Source: Octopus bimaculoides
Lineage: Eukaryota
Direction: 5' to 3'
DNA length: 45,558 nt
Assembly: GCF_001194135.2 (NCBI RefSeq)
Contig: NC_068995.1
Location: 13,994,882-14,040,439 of the forward strand
Position 1 is the first letter of the stretch, and the number at the start of each line of letters is the position of its first letter. A program made the position numbers and the translations under genes. The notes beneath the pieces were generated by a model. It was not told where the DNA came from and did no database searches. It saw only the letters and a list, made by a program, of their open reading frames with translations. Of the stretch, positions 22,293-34,262 are shown piece by piece.

Positions 22293-22939
22293 AAGTAATT
22301 GAAATCAAACTAGCAGCGAAGAAAGCGTTATAGTATGCCAATCGGTCTATTCAATTTACCCAAGCAATAGTGGGTTTATAAGCCACTCCTTGAAATTATT
22401 TCTGCTTTCAGAGAAGGTAGAACAATCATTAGGTGGTAATTGGGATCAACTCCTTTTAAGAGCGGCAGATGACCTCAGAGTCGGGATTTCTCCAAAACAG
22501 ACATGTCATTGGGGAAACAACTGTCCGATTGTCTGGAGATAAGAGAACGTCTGTTGACTCATGACTCTTCCTCGATATACGTCATTAGCAGGGTTGTTAT
22601 TCTACTCTATTTGCTTGCAGAACGAGATATTTAGGTATATACAAAGAAAGAGAAAACATCTTTGACCTAGATAAAGCAGAGACAAATAACTGAGAGTGGC
22701 CAGTAGCGTGTACTTGAACAACCAAGACAAATAGGGTTATATTAAATAACATGCAAGATAACTGTTACCGTATCGTATACATATACAGTATAGTATTTCT
22801 AGATGTATAATAGTATTAAAACAATACACTCTAAACGCACCGTACTATCGAATAAGAATGCGTTTATAATATGCAAATTAGCAAAATGATTTACGCGATT
22901 TGATTAAGTCCTTTGTAATATTCTTTCCTATGTAATATT

Positions 22940-23088
22940 CTTTTCTACTCTAGGCACAAGGTCCGAAATTTTGGTACTTAATTTATCGACCCTGAAAGGA
23001 TGAAAAGCAAAGTCGACCTCGGCGGAATTTGAACTCAGAAGGTAAAGCATTTCGCCCGGCGTGCTAACGTTTCTGCCAGCTCGCCGCC
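22940..23088 (-). mobile_element. SINE family A with internal deletions
   Basis: gcaaagtcgacctcggcggaatttgaactcag...ctgccagctcgccgcc. Confidence 0.85.
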
Positions 23089-23207
23089 TTAGGCCTTAGT
23101 AATATTGGGTTTTTAAAGAGAATCTCCCAGAACATAAAACGGGTACTCAGGGCTGATGAAATCTAAACACAGTATTGAAGCTAATTCTCTCTCTCTCTCT
23201 CTTTCTC

Positions 23208-23238
<31 letters not shown>

Positions 23239-24577
23239 TTGTCCACGAAGTATTGTTTATAAAGCTAAGGTTTTCTTATCTGTTTATTACATAAGGAGTC
23301 GACTGCTCNNNNNNNNNNNNNNNNNNNNNNNNNNNNNNNNNNNNNNNNNNNNNNNNNNNNNNNNNNNNNNNNNNNNNNNNNNNNNNNNNNNNNNNNNNNN
23401 NNNNNNNNNNNNNNNNNNNNNNNNNNNNNNNNNNNNNNNNNNNNNNNNNNNNNNNNNNNNNNNNNNNNNNNNNNNNNNNNNNNNNNNNNNNNNNNNNNNN
23501 NNNNNNNNNNNNNNNNNNNNNNNNNNNNNNNNNNNNNNNNNNNNNNNNNNNNNNNNNNNNNNNNNNNNNNNNNNNNNNNNNNNNNNNNNNNNNNNNNNNN
23601 NNNNNNNNNNNNNNNNNNNNNNNNNNNNNNNNNNNNNNNNNNNNNNNNNNNNNNNNNNNNNNNNNNNNNNNNNNNNNNNNNNNNNNNNNNNNNNNNNNNN
23701 NNNNNNNNNNNNNNNNNNNNNNNNNNNNNNNNNNNNNNNNNNNNNNNNNNNNNNNNNNNNNNNNNNNNNNNNNNNNNNNNNNNNNNNNNNNNNNNNNNNN
23801 NNNNNNNNNNNNNNNNNNNNNNNNNNNNNNNNNNNNNNNNNNNNNNNNNNNNNNNNNNNNNNNNNNNNNNNNNNNNNNNNNNNNNNNNNNNNNNNNNNNN
23901 NNNNNNNNNNNNNNNNNNNNNNNNNNNNNNNNNNNNNNNNNNNNNNNNNNNNNNNNNNNNNNNNNNNNNNNNNNNNNNNNNNNNNNNNNNNNNNNNNNNN
24001 NNNNNNNNNNNNNNNNNNNNNNNNNNNNNNNNNNNNNNNNNNNNNNNNNNNNNNNNNNNNNNNNNNNNNNNNNNNNNNNNNNNNNNNNNNNNNNNNNNNN
24101 NNNNNNNNNNNNNNNNNNNNNNNNNNNNNNNNNNNNNNNNNNNNNNNNNNNNNNNNNNNNNNNNNNNNNNNNNNNNNNNNNNNNNNNNNCTCACTCACTC
24201 ACTCACTCACTCACTCACTCACTCACTCACTCACTCACTCACGTTTCATATAACGATGGGCAGAAACTGTTGCGTTGTTCTCGACGTGTCCTCTTTATCC
24301 GACACTCTTGTTCGTTGTAATCATCATCATCATCCTCAGCAGCAGTAGTAGGAGTAGTACTAGTGGTAGTAATAGTAGTAGTAAAAGGAAGGAGGAGTTG
24401 GAGGAATAGTAGCGGTAGCAGGGCCTATAGACATTCGAGAACAGGCCAGGCCACAAAAGGAAACAAACACAACATGCCTATACTGTCGCATCGTCGCATG
24501 TCGACGAGGAAACTCAAAAGTGACGCTATGGTTAATTAGAAATTGCATATTACACACCGGCTCGTAATTGTTCAATA

Positions 24578-24799
24578 CAGTAATCCCCTCGCCATATCGC
24601 GGTTCACCTATCGCGGTTTATTATTTAAGATTACATCGGTTTCTCCGTGATGTTGTTTTGCATTATAATAAGATAAATATATACAAATTATAAAAATAGT
24701 AAGAAAAAAATACAATACAGTACTGTTTCTACTTTGCGGATTTTCACCTATCGCGGAGGGTTTTGGAACCTGATACCCGTGATAGTTGAGAGATTACTG
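24578..24799. mobile_element. pogo/Tigger-type MITE
   Basis: TA-CAGTAATCCCCTCGCCATATCGCGG ... CCCGTGATAGTTGAGAGATTACTG-TA. Confidence 0.85.
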
Positions 24800-24870
24800 T
24801 ACATTTACGACATTTGTTTGATCTTAAGGTGGCAGTCAGCATCGAGTCATCGCTGATTTTGACACAGCCC

Positions 24871-24950
24871 CATACACTGATCTGTGTATATCATACACAG
24901 ATCTGTGTATGATATACAGATCTGTGTATCTGTGTATGGATACACAGATA
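24871..24950. repeat. Array of palindromic tacacagatctgtgta-like units, including a 34-bp perfect palindrome
   Basis: 24885-24918 tgtatatcatacacagatctgtgtatgatataca is self-complementary. Confidence 0.9.
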
Positions 24951-25149
24951 AACAGGTACACATACACATAAATATATATACATATCTGTATATATATCTG
25001 TCAAGTGTATATATATATATATATATATACACGACGGGTTTCTTTCAGTTTCCGTCTACCAAATCCACTCACAAGGCTTTGTTCGGCCCGAGGTTATTGT
25101 AGAAGAACCCGGAACCATGTGGTTGGGAAGCAAACTTAATGAAATAAAA

Positions 25150-26158
25150 TTTTTGCAAGATAGATTTATAAGTACATTTTAATGTACTGAAAGAGCTTCG
25201 TCGTTGGTTTGCAAAGGCGCTTGAACTATGATGTTCCGTGAAAGAATTTGAGATCGTCTTTTACTAAAATATCACAACGTTATATGCCAAGAAGTCATTG
25301 TGTGGTGTTATGTTAATGATTGTGAGATACGTGAATAGAATTAGAACGAGGGCGTTAAATAAACAAGAATTGAGAGAACATTGCAAAATGGAATGTAGCA
25401 ATCATGACCTCCATGGTGAGTTGCGCTGACTTTCTAGAGGACTAGTTCTGGTTAGATTTTCACGAAGAAAGAATCCGTTTATGTCAGAACAATTAGCTAT
25501 TTGATTTAGCATTTTTAGCTGATATAACCAGCCATCTCAATGATCTAAATAAGAAACTACAAGACAAGAACAAATTGTTTTCAAGCTTGCTAAATGATAT
25601 CAATGCATTCAAGCTGAAATTTGAAATGTTCATCTATCAGTTTGCAAATGAGAATTTAAACTAGTTTTCACACTTAAAAGAGCGGAATAAACGTGTCTAG
25701 GAAAATGGCAGTTTTACAAAATATGTTGATATACTGAAAGAAATCAGGTTATTGCAAAAAAAAAAAAAAAAAAAAAAAAAAAANNNNNNNNNNNNNNNNN
25801 NNNNNNNNNNNNNNNNNNNNNNNNNNNNNNNNNNNNNNNNNNNNNNNNNNNNNNNNNNNNNNNNNNNNNNNNNNNNNNNNNNNNNNNNNNNNNNNNNNNN
25901 NNNNNNNNNNNNNNNNNNNNNNNNNNNNNNNNNNNNNNNNNNNNNNNNNNNNNNNNNNNNNNNNNNNNNNNNNNNNNNNNNNNNNNNNNNNNNNNNNNNN
26001 NNNNNNNNNNNNNNNNNNNNNNNNNNNNNNNNNNNNNNNNNNNNNNNNNNNNNNNNNNNNNNNNNNNNNNNNNNNNNNNNNNNNNNNNNNNNNNNNNNNN
26101 NNNNNNNNNNNNNNNNNNNNNNNNNNNNNNNNNNNNNNNNNNNNNNNNNNNNNNNNNN

Positions 26159-26192
<34 letters not shown>

Positions 26193-26460
26193 CGTATATA
26201 TGGTGCTCTCGGTAACTAATTTAACGCCAAACATTAAAAACTTGGCAAAATGAAAACATGCTCAAATTTCTCATTAAAGCAAGTAATTTTCACATTGTCC
26301 TTGCTCTTATAAATATTAAATTAATATATCATTAAAAAGTACTAAAATGCATCTATATTAAACATAAATTATTACAGTAATTGAACGGGGATACAAAACT
26401 TTTATGGTTCATCTGAAATCGAGCATGGAAAACTGGCACTTGGGAAGGCAAAAGAGAGGG
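25150..26460 (+). mobile_element. hAT (Buster/Charlie/SPIN-like) transposase remnant spanning a gap
   Basis: GELR*LSRGLVLVRF, LAFLADITSHLNDLNKKLQDKNKL, and the C-terminal TPNIKNLAK*KHAQISH*. Confidence 0.85.
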
Positions 26461-26541
26461 CAATCTCTAATATTCACGAAATATTAGAAATAGTACATCA
26501 TTTTCAATGGACGGATAGGTGCCCTCACCTTGTTTGTTGCT

Positions 26542-26587
26542 GCCGCAACGTTTCGGTTGATGTACTCTCCAGCCTTCATCAGGCATT
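26542..26587 (-). ncRNA. Minimal PLE-type hammerhead ribozyme motif
   Basis: Minus strand: aaUGC-CUGAUGA-A-GGCUG-gagaguacau-CAACC-GAA-ACGU-U-GCG; palindromic ACGU stem III. Confidence 0.65.
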
Positions 26588-26699
26588 CTGGTGGAATTTC
26601 GAACCCAACCCTTTATTTGACTAACGGGGTACTTTGTTCTCATTCCTAATGTATTCTTTTTTACTGATGTTATTTTTTGTTGATATTATTTCTCAAGTT

Positions 26700-26765
26700 C
26701 TTGCTTGGGATTGAATTCAGAATCCTAGGGTTTGTAGCCCACGCTATTACCCACTACGCCCGTAG
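26700..26765 (-). promoter_or_regulatory. tRNA-like Pol III promoter remnant inside the PLE 3' region
   Basis: Minus strand ggcgtagtgggtaatagcgtgggctacaaaccctaggattctgaattcaatccc, homologous to the better-preserved A/B boxes at 42141-42195. Confidence 0.6.
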
Positions 26766-27642
26766 GCAATTACAGAGTGAATTTTTGGGCTTATAAGCCT
26801 AATATTTTATCTTTTCTTAATTCCCATATTATATTCATATCTGCATTAAGTCTTCTTAGGAGGTTATTGTGTCCTAGCATATATGCTGCCACTTTTAATT
26901 TTCGTATTTTCCAGTGGTATTCTCTGTCTATTGTTTTAACTTCATCCCACAGGGGGAGGTGGTCCCTGTTTCTCCATACCCGATTTTTCAATATCCCCTC
27001 GTGTCACAGCTTTATGATGTTCCTTTACTTCAAATTTTAAGGGGCCGACATGTTTCACCTTTGTACACCCTACCGCAACTGCATGGGATGGAGTACACGC
27101 AGTTTTTGGTCATATTCTCTTTTACGGATGGTTTTACTCGGAGGAGATATTTGCGAAGTGTTGTATTACTCCTGAATACTGCTCTGATGTCATTTGGACC
27201 GCATATCTTTTGTACCTTTTCCGAGAGGCCTTTGACATAGAGTAGAAAGACAGCGGTCAGTTTATGGATTTCATCCTCTCTCCTCTTCCTAATTGGAGTG
27301 GACAGCATGAACTACCCAGAAGACATTCTATCCACTCATTAAGGTGGCGAACTGGCAGAATCATTAACACTCCGTGTAATATGCTTAGCAGTATTTCGTC
27401 CGTCTTTATGCCTCCTTTCTCTTGGTGCCTATCTATCTGTCTGTCTGTCTGTCTGTATGTATGTATGTATGTATGTATGTATGCATGTCTGTATGTCTCT
27501 GTCTGTCTCTGTCTGTCTGTCTGTATGTCTCTCTTATAGTATGATGGCCAAATATCTACACGTTAATTTATGCATCAAATATCTGTATATGTACAGGTGA
27601 CTCTTAATTATTTATTATGTGAATTTATATACCAAATGTCAA

Positions 27643-27900
27643 AGGCGCATGGCCTAGTGGTTAGGGGTGTTGCATTCACGATCGTGAGATTGCGGTTTCG
27701 ATTCTCAGACCGACTGTGCGGTGTGCTCTTGAGCAAAAACACCTCATTCCACATTGCTCCAGACCACTCAGCTGTTAAATGGGTGACCCTGCAACGGTTC
27801 AGCCTTCCGATCAGTGTGAATATTGGCCTGTTCACCTGGCCAGCAAGGTGGCATAATTCGAAAGCTAAAATAATGCGAAGTGCATTGTGACCAGAGACAG
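27643..27900 (+). mobile_element. SINE family C-related copy
   Basis: ggcgcatggcctagtggttaggg...ggtttcgattc...cttgagcaaaaacacctcattccacattgctccag. Confidence 0.8.
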
Positions 27901-28854
27901 TTTGATCGATACGGTATGCATACCAAACACCTATATAAGACCATTTTTGACTCAGGGATTCTAAACATTGCTAGGATAACGAGCTTTTTGACACCTTCTT
28001 TCCTACGACACCTGTATGGAGTCTGAGTAACAAATATGTTATCACACACACACACACACACACATACATGGTGGTATAATACCGTCTATCGTCTGTTACT
28101 CGTCAAAGTCTCGAGTTAATAAATCTCATGTTCTCACTGACAGCACTTTAAAAGATCGGGCGAGACAAGCAGATTACTCCTTCTTGTAAGATAAGTAATC
28201 TAACAAGAGTGTAATTCATTCTTTCTCTCCCCTCCTCCCTCTTTCATCCTCTCACACACATACATACACCCACACTCATTCTTTCCTTCCTTCCGTCCTT
28301 CTTTCTTTCTTTCTTTCTCGCTCTCTTTCTTTCTCTCTCTCTCTCTTTGCACCCCTCTCTCTATCACTCTCATTCGCTCTCTCCAGGAAGTCGATGTCTT
28401 CTAGGAATGTTGATATTGCTTGGAGTAAATAGACGGAGAGAAGGAAGGAATACCGTAATGGCGAGGTCTACCGAGTGAGCGACGCACCTAAAATGGTGAG
28501 GAACAGAGATACCTGATAACGAAAACTCTCAACAAAATAAATGAAAAAAAAAAGAAGAGGAAAAAGAGAGAGAGAGAGAGAGAAAAGCGAAAGGGTGAAG
28601 TAAATAAATACATACATACATGCATGCACACACATATGTATATAAATATGTGTGTATATGGATACATTCATGCATACATATATACAAATACACATACATA
28701 TATACATACATGTGTGTGTATATATGTATATATACACATAAATATATATACACACACACAGATATATACGTATATGTCGAATACATACATACATGTACAC
28801 GTACAAATACAATATACCTACATCTATCTATCTATCTATCTGTCTATCTATCTA

Positions 28855-28891
<37 letters not shown>

Positions 28892-29294
28892 GCATACACA
28901 CACAAACACACACACTCACACACATATACACGTGTGTGAGAAAGAGGGCTGGTGGTGTTGAGGGCAGAGTTGGTTGTTAACAAAACAAGAATTAATACTA
29001 CTACTAGTAATTTTGGTGGTGGTGTGGGGGTGGTGGTAGTAGCAGTAGTAGTAGTAGTAGTAGTAGCAGCAGCAGTAGCAGCAGCAGCAGCAGTTGTAGT
29101 ATGCACAGTCGGTTCGTTGTCGACAGGACTGCATGGGTTAGTTAGAAGCTGTGTTTTTACTTAACGAAGTCAACTATTTGTTTATATATGTGCATTCGGT
29201 ACTTAATTATCGTTATCGTCATCATCGTCATCATCATTGTCATCACCATCACTATCGACGTCATCATCATCATTATTATTGCTATTATTATTAC

Positions 29295-29325
<31 letters not shown>

Positions 29326-29793
29326 ATTATTATTATTATTATGAAATTTTTAAAAAAAAAGAAAAGAGAAAAAATTAGCGAGAAGCTGAAGAGTACGGTG
29401 AGTTATAAATAAAATACACATAAACACAAGGAAGATAAGACATGGAGACGAGAGAGGTAGAGTTAAAGTAGAATTGACGAATATATTTGATAAGAGTAGA
29501 AAGAAAATAATAGCATTTCTGTTTATAGATGGAATTATTTATATAATTATTATGAGGAGAAGGAAGACATGGGCAAAGAACTGGTGCTGGTATCAGACAA
29601 AAAACGCCATTGCATTATTATTAGAGTTCCATCCTTTTCTGATCTTAGTTCTAGTCCCAACGAGGTCAACTTTGTCTTTCATTCTTCCAGGAGTTGATTA
29701 AATTAGGTACCAATCAAGAACGGGGTCGACGTAATTGACTAACCCTTCATTCAAAGTTTCATGCTCTATGTTAGAAACGTTTATAAAGAGGAG

Positions 29794-29865
29794 GCAGACG
29801 ACAGTAGATTGGCAGACGACAGCAGATTAGCAGACGACAGCAGATTAGCAGACGACAGCAGATTG
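29794..29865 (+). repeat. 4 x 18-bp tandem repeat
   Basis: gcagacgacag(t/c)agatt(g/a) x4, running into a SINE-A-like head gcagaatcgtt. Confidence 0.95.
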
Positions 29866-30161
29866 GCAGAATCGTTTGAACGCCAGAAAGACTTTTATAG
29901 TATTTGTTCCGGTTTGCAGAAGGATTTATAAGTATTAATCTAGATCTAAGGTAACATCTAGAAAGTTAACTAGTGATACGTTTGTATCAATGATAAGCAT
30001 AAGAGAAATGAGGTTATAGATCAGTTCTTACTGAACCTATCAAGATTACGTCCCTTTGACGTATCAAAACCGTCATTTGGCCCAGGTTGACCCATTGTCG
30101 AAGATCAGGGATTTCCTAGCATTCATAATTATATCTTTGTCCCTGTCACTAACCTTTTATT

Positions 30162-30604
30162 CTTTTACTAGTTCCAGTCCTTAGACTTCGGCCGTGCTGG
30201 TGCAGGGCTTTCAGGAATTTTGAATCGAATGAATCGACTCCAGGCCTTTTTTTTTTTTTTGTTCAGCCTGGTACTTATTCTATCGGTGTCTTTTACCAAA
30301 CCGCTATGCTATGGGCACGTAAACACACCATAGCTTAGTGGTTGTCAAACGCTGGTGGAGGGCAAACACAAACGTAAAGACACTCCACCACACACACACA
30401 CACACACGCAAACACACACGTGCGCGCGCACACACATATACACACACACGACAAGTTTCTTTCAGTTTCCATCTACCAAATTTACTCGTAAGGCTTTGGT
30501 CGGCCCCAGGCTATAATAAAAGACACTTGCCGAAGATACCACACAGTGAGACTGAACCGAGAACCATGCGGTTAGAAAGCAAACTTCTTCCCACACAGCC
30601 ATGC
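30162..30604 (-). mobile_element. Full-length SINE family B
   Basis: Tail, internal (CA)n and head, all in reverse complement. Confidence 0.85.
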
Positions 30605-30699
30605 TTGTACCTATCTGTATAGATTTTAGCGAAGTCGAGTGCCTTATATAACAATTCCCTCGACATAGGCTCTTCGACAACAGTCTTTGTCCCCGGATT

Positions 30700-32030
30700 A
30701 AAGGACCAGATTAAAGGACTAGTTAGCTCGGTTTGTATCTCCAGAGGGATCTAGAGTGAAGAGAAATGACAACAAAATGGCTCAATGCACTCAGAAATGG
30801 CCTAGGAGAAAGCTATCCTTCACAGACCGAGCACAAGTGGCGAATGCTTACATTATATATTTACTTATATATTTTTGTTAGAAGAACATCTGCTGCCTAT
30901 AGTCGCCCTGAAGACATTTTCGGATGTTATGATTAATGAATCTTCAACATACTTTATTTACAAAGTATCTTGAACAGTAGGCAGGTGTAGCCGTAATGTC
31001 AGTCAGACGAAATAATCTCTTTAACTGTACTGTAGAACTGGGTCAAGCGTAAAGAGAGACGAGAGCTTGGCAGGCCCTAACAGCATTCTGTTAATTGGGC
31101 AGTGTGCAGTTGGTGGAAAATACACTCATCCTATTCTAAAGAGAGCTTACTTTGGAAAGAAGAGACAATTCTCTCGACATCGCTGTCTAAATTCCCGAGC
31201 TGGTTTCAGGTATTGAACTGCAGTGCACGAATGACTTAATTAACCAAATAGGCTCAAAAACTTATTTCATACCAGTTAGTTATTTTAATGAGCTCTTATT
31301 TCTGATCTGCTGGATCATGGACACGTGAAGAAAACAAACCAACCAGCATTTTAACTGTGAGAGACAAACGTTTTCCAGAGACTAAAGTCCACAGGTTGCT
31401 GACTGAAGTGATTATGTCAATCTGCAGTTGTTTAGTATAGGACCGATGAAGCAGTACGGCAATTACATTGACAAAGAGGATGAAGTATTGCTTCTGGCCC
31501 TTGGCTAAGTTCATTGTAAAGATCACTCACCCCCTTCATTTGGGCCGGGCAGGGCAGAGAGTTTTTCTTCTCTTTACTGCGAGTCAGGTTCTACGGTGAA
31601 CGCGACTAATAGGACCGAAGACAGATCAGATACTACTTTACTCTAAGACCAATCCTCATTTATGAGGAATCGAGGGGAGGGAAGGAGATGCTGTTCCCCA
31701 ATAAATTTGCTGAAAGGTGTAACAGAGTGACGAATATGTTTTCAAGAAAAGGGCCCACTCTGAGCATGCGCTTTAAACTAGAAAATTACATTTGGAGGAT
31801 GGCGCTTGCCCCAGGTGATCAGGTTGTAAGATGTCCCCCTGACTGGCTCTAGGTACCATTTCCCCACTTTTGGGAATTTTTCTTGATATATATTTTTTGT
31901 TAACTTTTGCTTTTGTTACGTTTGTTTTACATGCATTTTTCTTTTGTTTAGCTTTTTTGTAGACTCCCACCTCATTTTGTTATATTCTGTCTTTCGTATT
32001 GTCCTCGTCGTCTCTTGTGGCTAATAAAGA
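30700..32030 (+). mobile_element. Degenerate Tx1/L1-like LINE ORF2 3' portion with 3' UTR
   Basis: WPRRKLSFTDRAQVANAY, ILTVRDK, a terminal ...KGPTLSMRF*, a T-rich UTR, and ctaataaagaa followed by (AAC)n/(AAT)n. Confidence 0.7.
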
Positions 32031-33307
32031 ACTAACAACAACAACAACAACAACAACAATAATAATAATAATTATTATTATTATTATCGTCATGGTTACG
32101 TTTTTTTCGAGAAGGGGAAGTTGCAGAGTGCGTTAAGTTATAAATAAACACGCTAACATGTACGCACGGATACGCACACGCACACACGCACGCACGCACA
32201 CACACNNNNNNNNNNNNNNNNNNNNNNNNNNNNNNNNNNNNNNNNNNNNNNNNNNNNNNNNNNNNNNNNNNNNNNNNNNNNNNNNNNNNNNNNNNNNNNN
32301 NNNNNNNNNNNNNNNNNNNNNNNNNNNNNNNNNNNNNNNNNNNNNNNNNNNNNNNNNNNNNNNNNNNNNNNNNNNNNNNNNNNNNNNNNNNNNNNNNNNN
32401 NNNNNNNNNNNNNNNNNNNNNNNNNNNNNNNNNNNNNNNNNNNNNNNNNNNNNNNNNNNNNNNNNNNNNNNNNNNNNNNNNNNNNNNNNNNNNNNNNNNN
32501 NNNNNNNNNNNNNNNNNNNNNNNNNNNNNNNNNNNNNNNNNNNNNNNNNNNNNNNNNNNNNNNNNNNNNNNNNNNNNNNNNNNNNNNNNNNNNNNNNNNN
32601 NNNNNNNNNNNNNNNNNNNNNNNNNNNNNNNNNNNNNNNNNNNNNNNNNNNNNNNNNNNNNNNNNNNNNNNNNNNNNNNNNNNNNNNNNNNNNNNNNNNN
32701 NNNNNNNNNNNNNNNNNNNNNNNNNNNNNNNNNNNNNNNNNNNNNNNNNNNNNNNNNNNNNNNNNNNNNNNNNNNNNNNNNNNNNNNNNNNNNNNNNNNN
32801 NNNNNNNNNNNNNNNNNNNNNNNNNNNNNNNNNNNNNNNNNNNNNNNNNNNNNNNNNNNNNNNNNNNNNNNNNNNNNNNNNNNNNNNNNNNNNNNNNNNN
32901 NNNNNNNNNNNNNNNNNNNNNNNNNNNNNNNNNNNNNNNNNNNNNNNNNNNNNNNNNNNNNNNNNNNNNNNNNNNNNNNNNNNNNNNNNNNNNNNNNNNN
33001 NNNNNNNNNNNNNNNNNNNNNNNNNNNNNNNNNNNNNNNNNNNNNNNNNNNNNNNNNNNNNNNNNNNNNNNNNNNNNNNNNNNNNNNNNNNNNNNNNNNN
33101 NNNNNNNNNNNNNNATTAAATAATTTTATATTCTTATTTGAAATCAAAGTTAGAAATCAATGAATCGTTGAACTTAGTAAGGTCTCACTCAGGTAATGTA
33201 TTGAGCTGAAAGGCATCGATCGGCTGAGTATATCAAAGCAATCCGTACACTAAATCTTTTTGAGCGTTTGAAATTTTAAAAGAACGCTACGAACAAGGGA
33301 AATAATC

Positions 33308-33438
33308 TTTTTTACTCTAGGCACAAGGCCCGAAATTTTTGGGGAGGGGGTCAGTCGATTAGATCGACCCCAGAGCGCAAATGGTGCTTAATTTATCGAC
33401 CCCGAAAGGATGAAAGGTAAAGTCGACCTCGGCGGAAG
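33308..33438 (-). mobile_element. SINE family A, 3' two-thirds
   Basis: ggcacaaggcccgaaatttt...cgaccccgaaaggatgaaaggtaaagtcgacctcggcgg. Confidence 0.88.
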
Positions 33439-34084
33439 AACAAGGGAAATAATACCAACAAATTTTGTATTTTGGAGTTAGTGAATGATTGCCGTTTGTG
33501 CGGTGGACTAATTTATCCCCTGGGTCACCGTGACTAGATTTTTGAAATTCATCAACTGGTTGGAATGTTCCTTCTTTGGCTTATTATGGTAAGAAACTCA
33601 TTTTTCTGATCAGAAATCGTATCCTGTATTAACATCGTTTTCCCACCTACTCGAGGGTGAGTGAAGGAATCTCGAAATGCCGTGACTAATGATACGTAAG
33701 CGTTCCTGTTCTCGTTCATTCATCGTAGGTTTACTCAAACAGTAACATTTATAACCTTCCTTTTAGTAAAGAATGGTTATACAGCTGTTAACATGCAGTC
33801 TAGTGTCCTACAAAAGTGAAAGTAAATTGCGATAGAGACTGGAAGCCATGACAGTGAAATCTCATAATCTAATTATAAAGTAATGCCTCACTTTACGAGG
33901 ACTCGCTTTACGTGACCCCTGGTTTACGAATTTTATTTTTCAAGCACAAGATCCAAATTTTAAACGAAATGCAAAAGTTTCTATTACCATAACAAATATA
34001 AAGCCAGAAGAAATGCAATAAGCATTTTGTCCGGTGCGGTGACGGTTCTGCCAGTGCGCTGCCTTTAACTATTTTTTAGAGAAT

Positions 34085-34262
34085 GGTTTCAAATTTTGGC
34101 ACAGGGCCAGCAGTTTTTTGGGGGAAGGGAGAAGTAGATGACATCATCAGAAGTGGATGACATCATCGACTTCGGCGCAATTTCAACTCAGAACGTAAAG
34201 ATGGACGAAATACCATTAAGCATTTTGTCCGGCGTGCTAACAATTCTGCCAGCTCATCACCT
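34085..34262 (-). mobile_element. SINE family A
   Basis: ggcacagggcc...aactcagaacgtaaag...ctgccagctc. Confidence 0.75.

Larger units (their letters stand above)
26490..27335 (-). mobile_element. 5'-truncated Penelope-like element: GIY-YIG endonuclease plus 3' terminal module
   Basis: YVKGLSEKVQKIC...VYSIPCSCGRVYKGETCRPL (ORF 27030-27308) and HLPLWDEVKTIDRE..WKIRKLK (ORF 26791-26991), followed by a tRNA-like segment and a hammerhead. Confidence 0.92.

Noticed and set aside
28468-29412. ORFs rich in YI, HT, CV, VVV or III repeats (also at 17.8 kb and 36.4-38.4 kb)
   Set aside because: They are translations of (TA)n, (CA)n, (GTA)n and (ATT)n microsatellites
29794-29865. Regular short repeats as a CRISPR array
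   Set aside because: Units abut with no unique spacers; eukaryotic context; no cas genes
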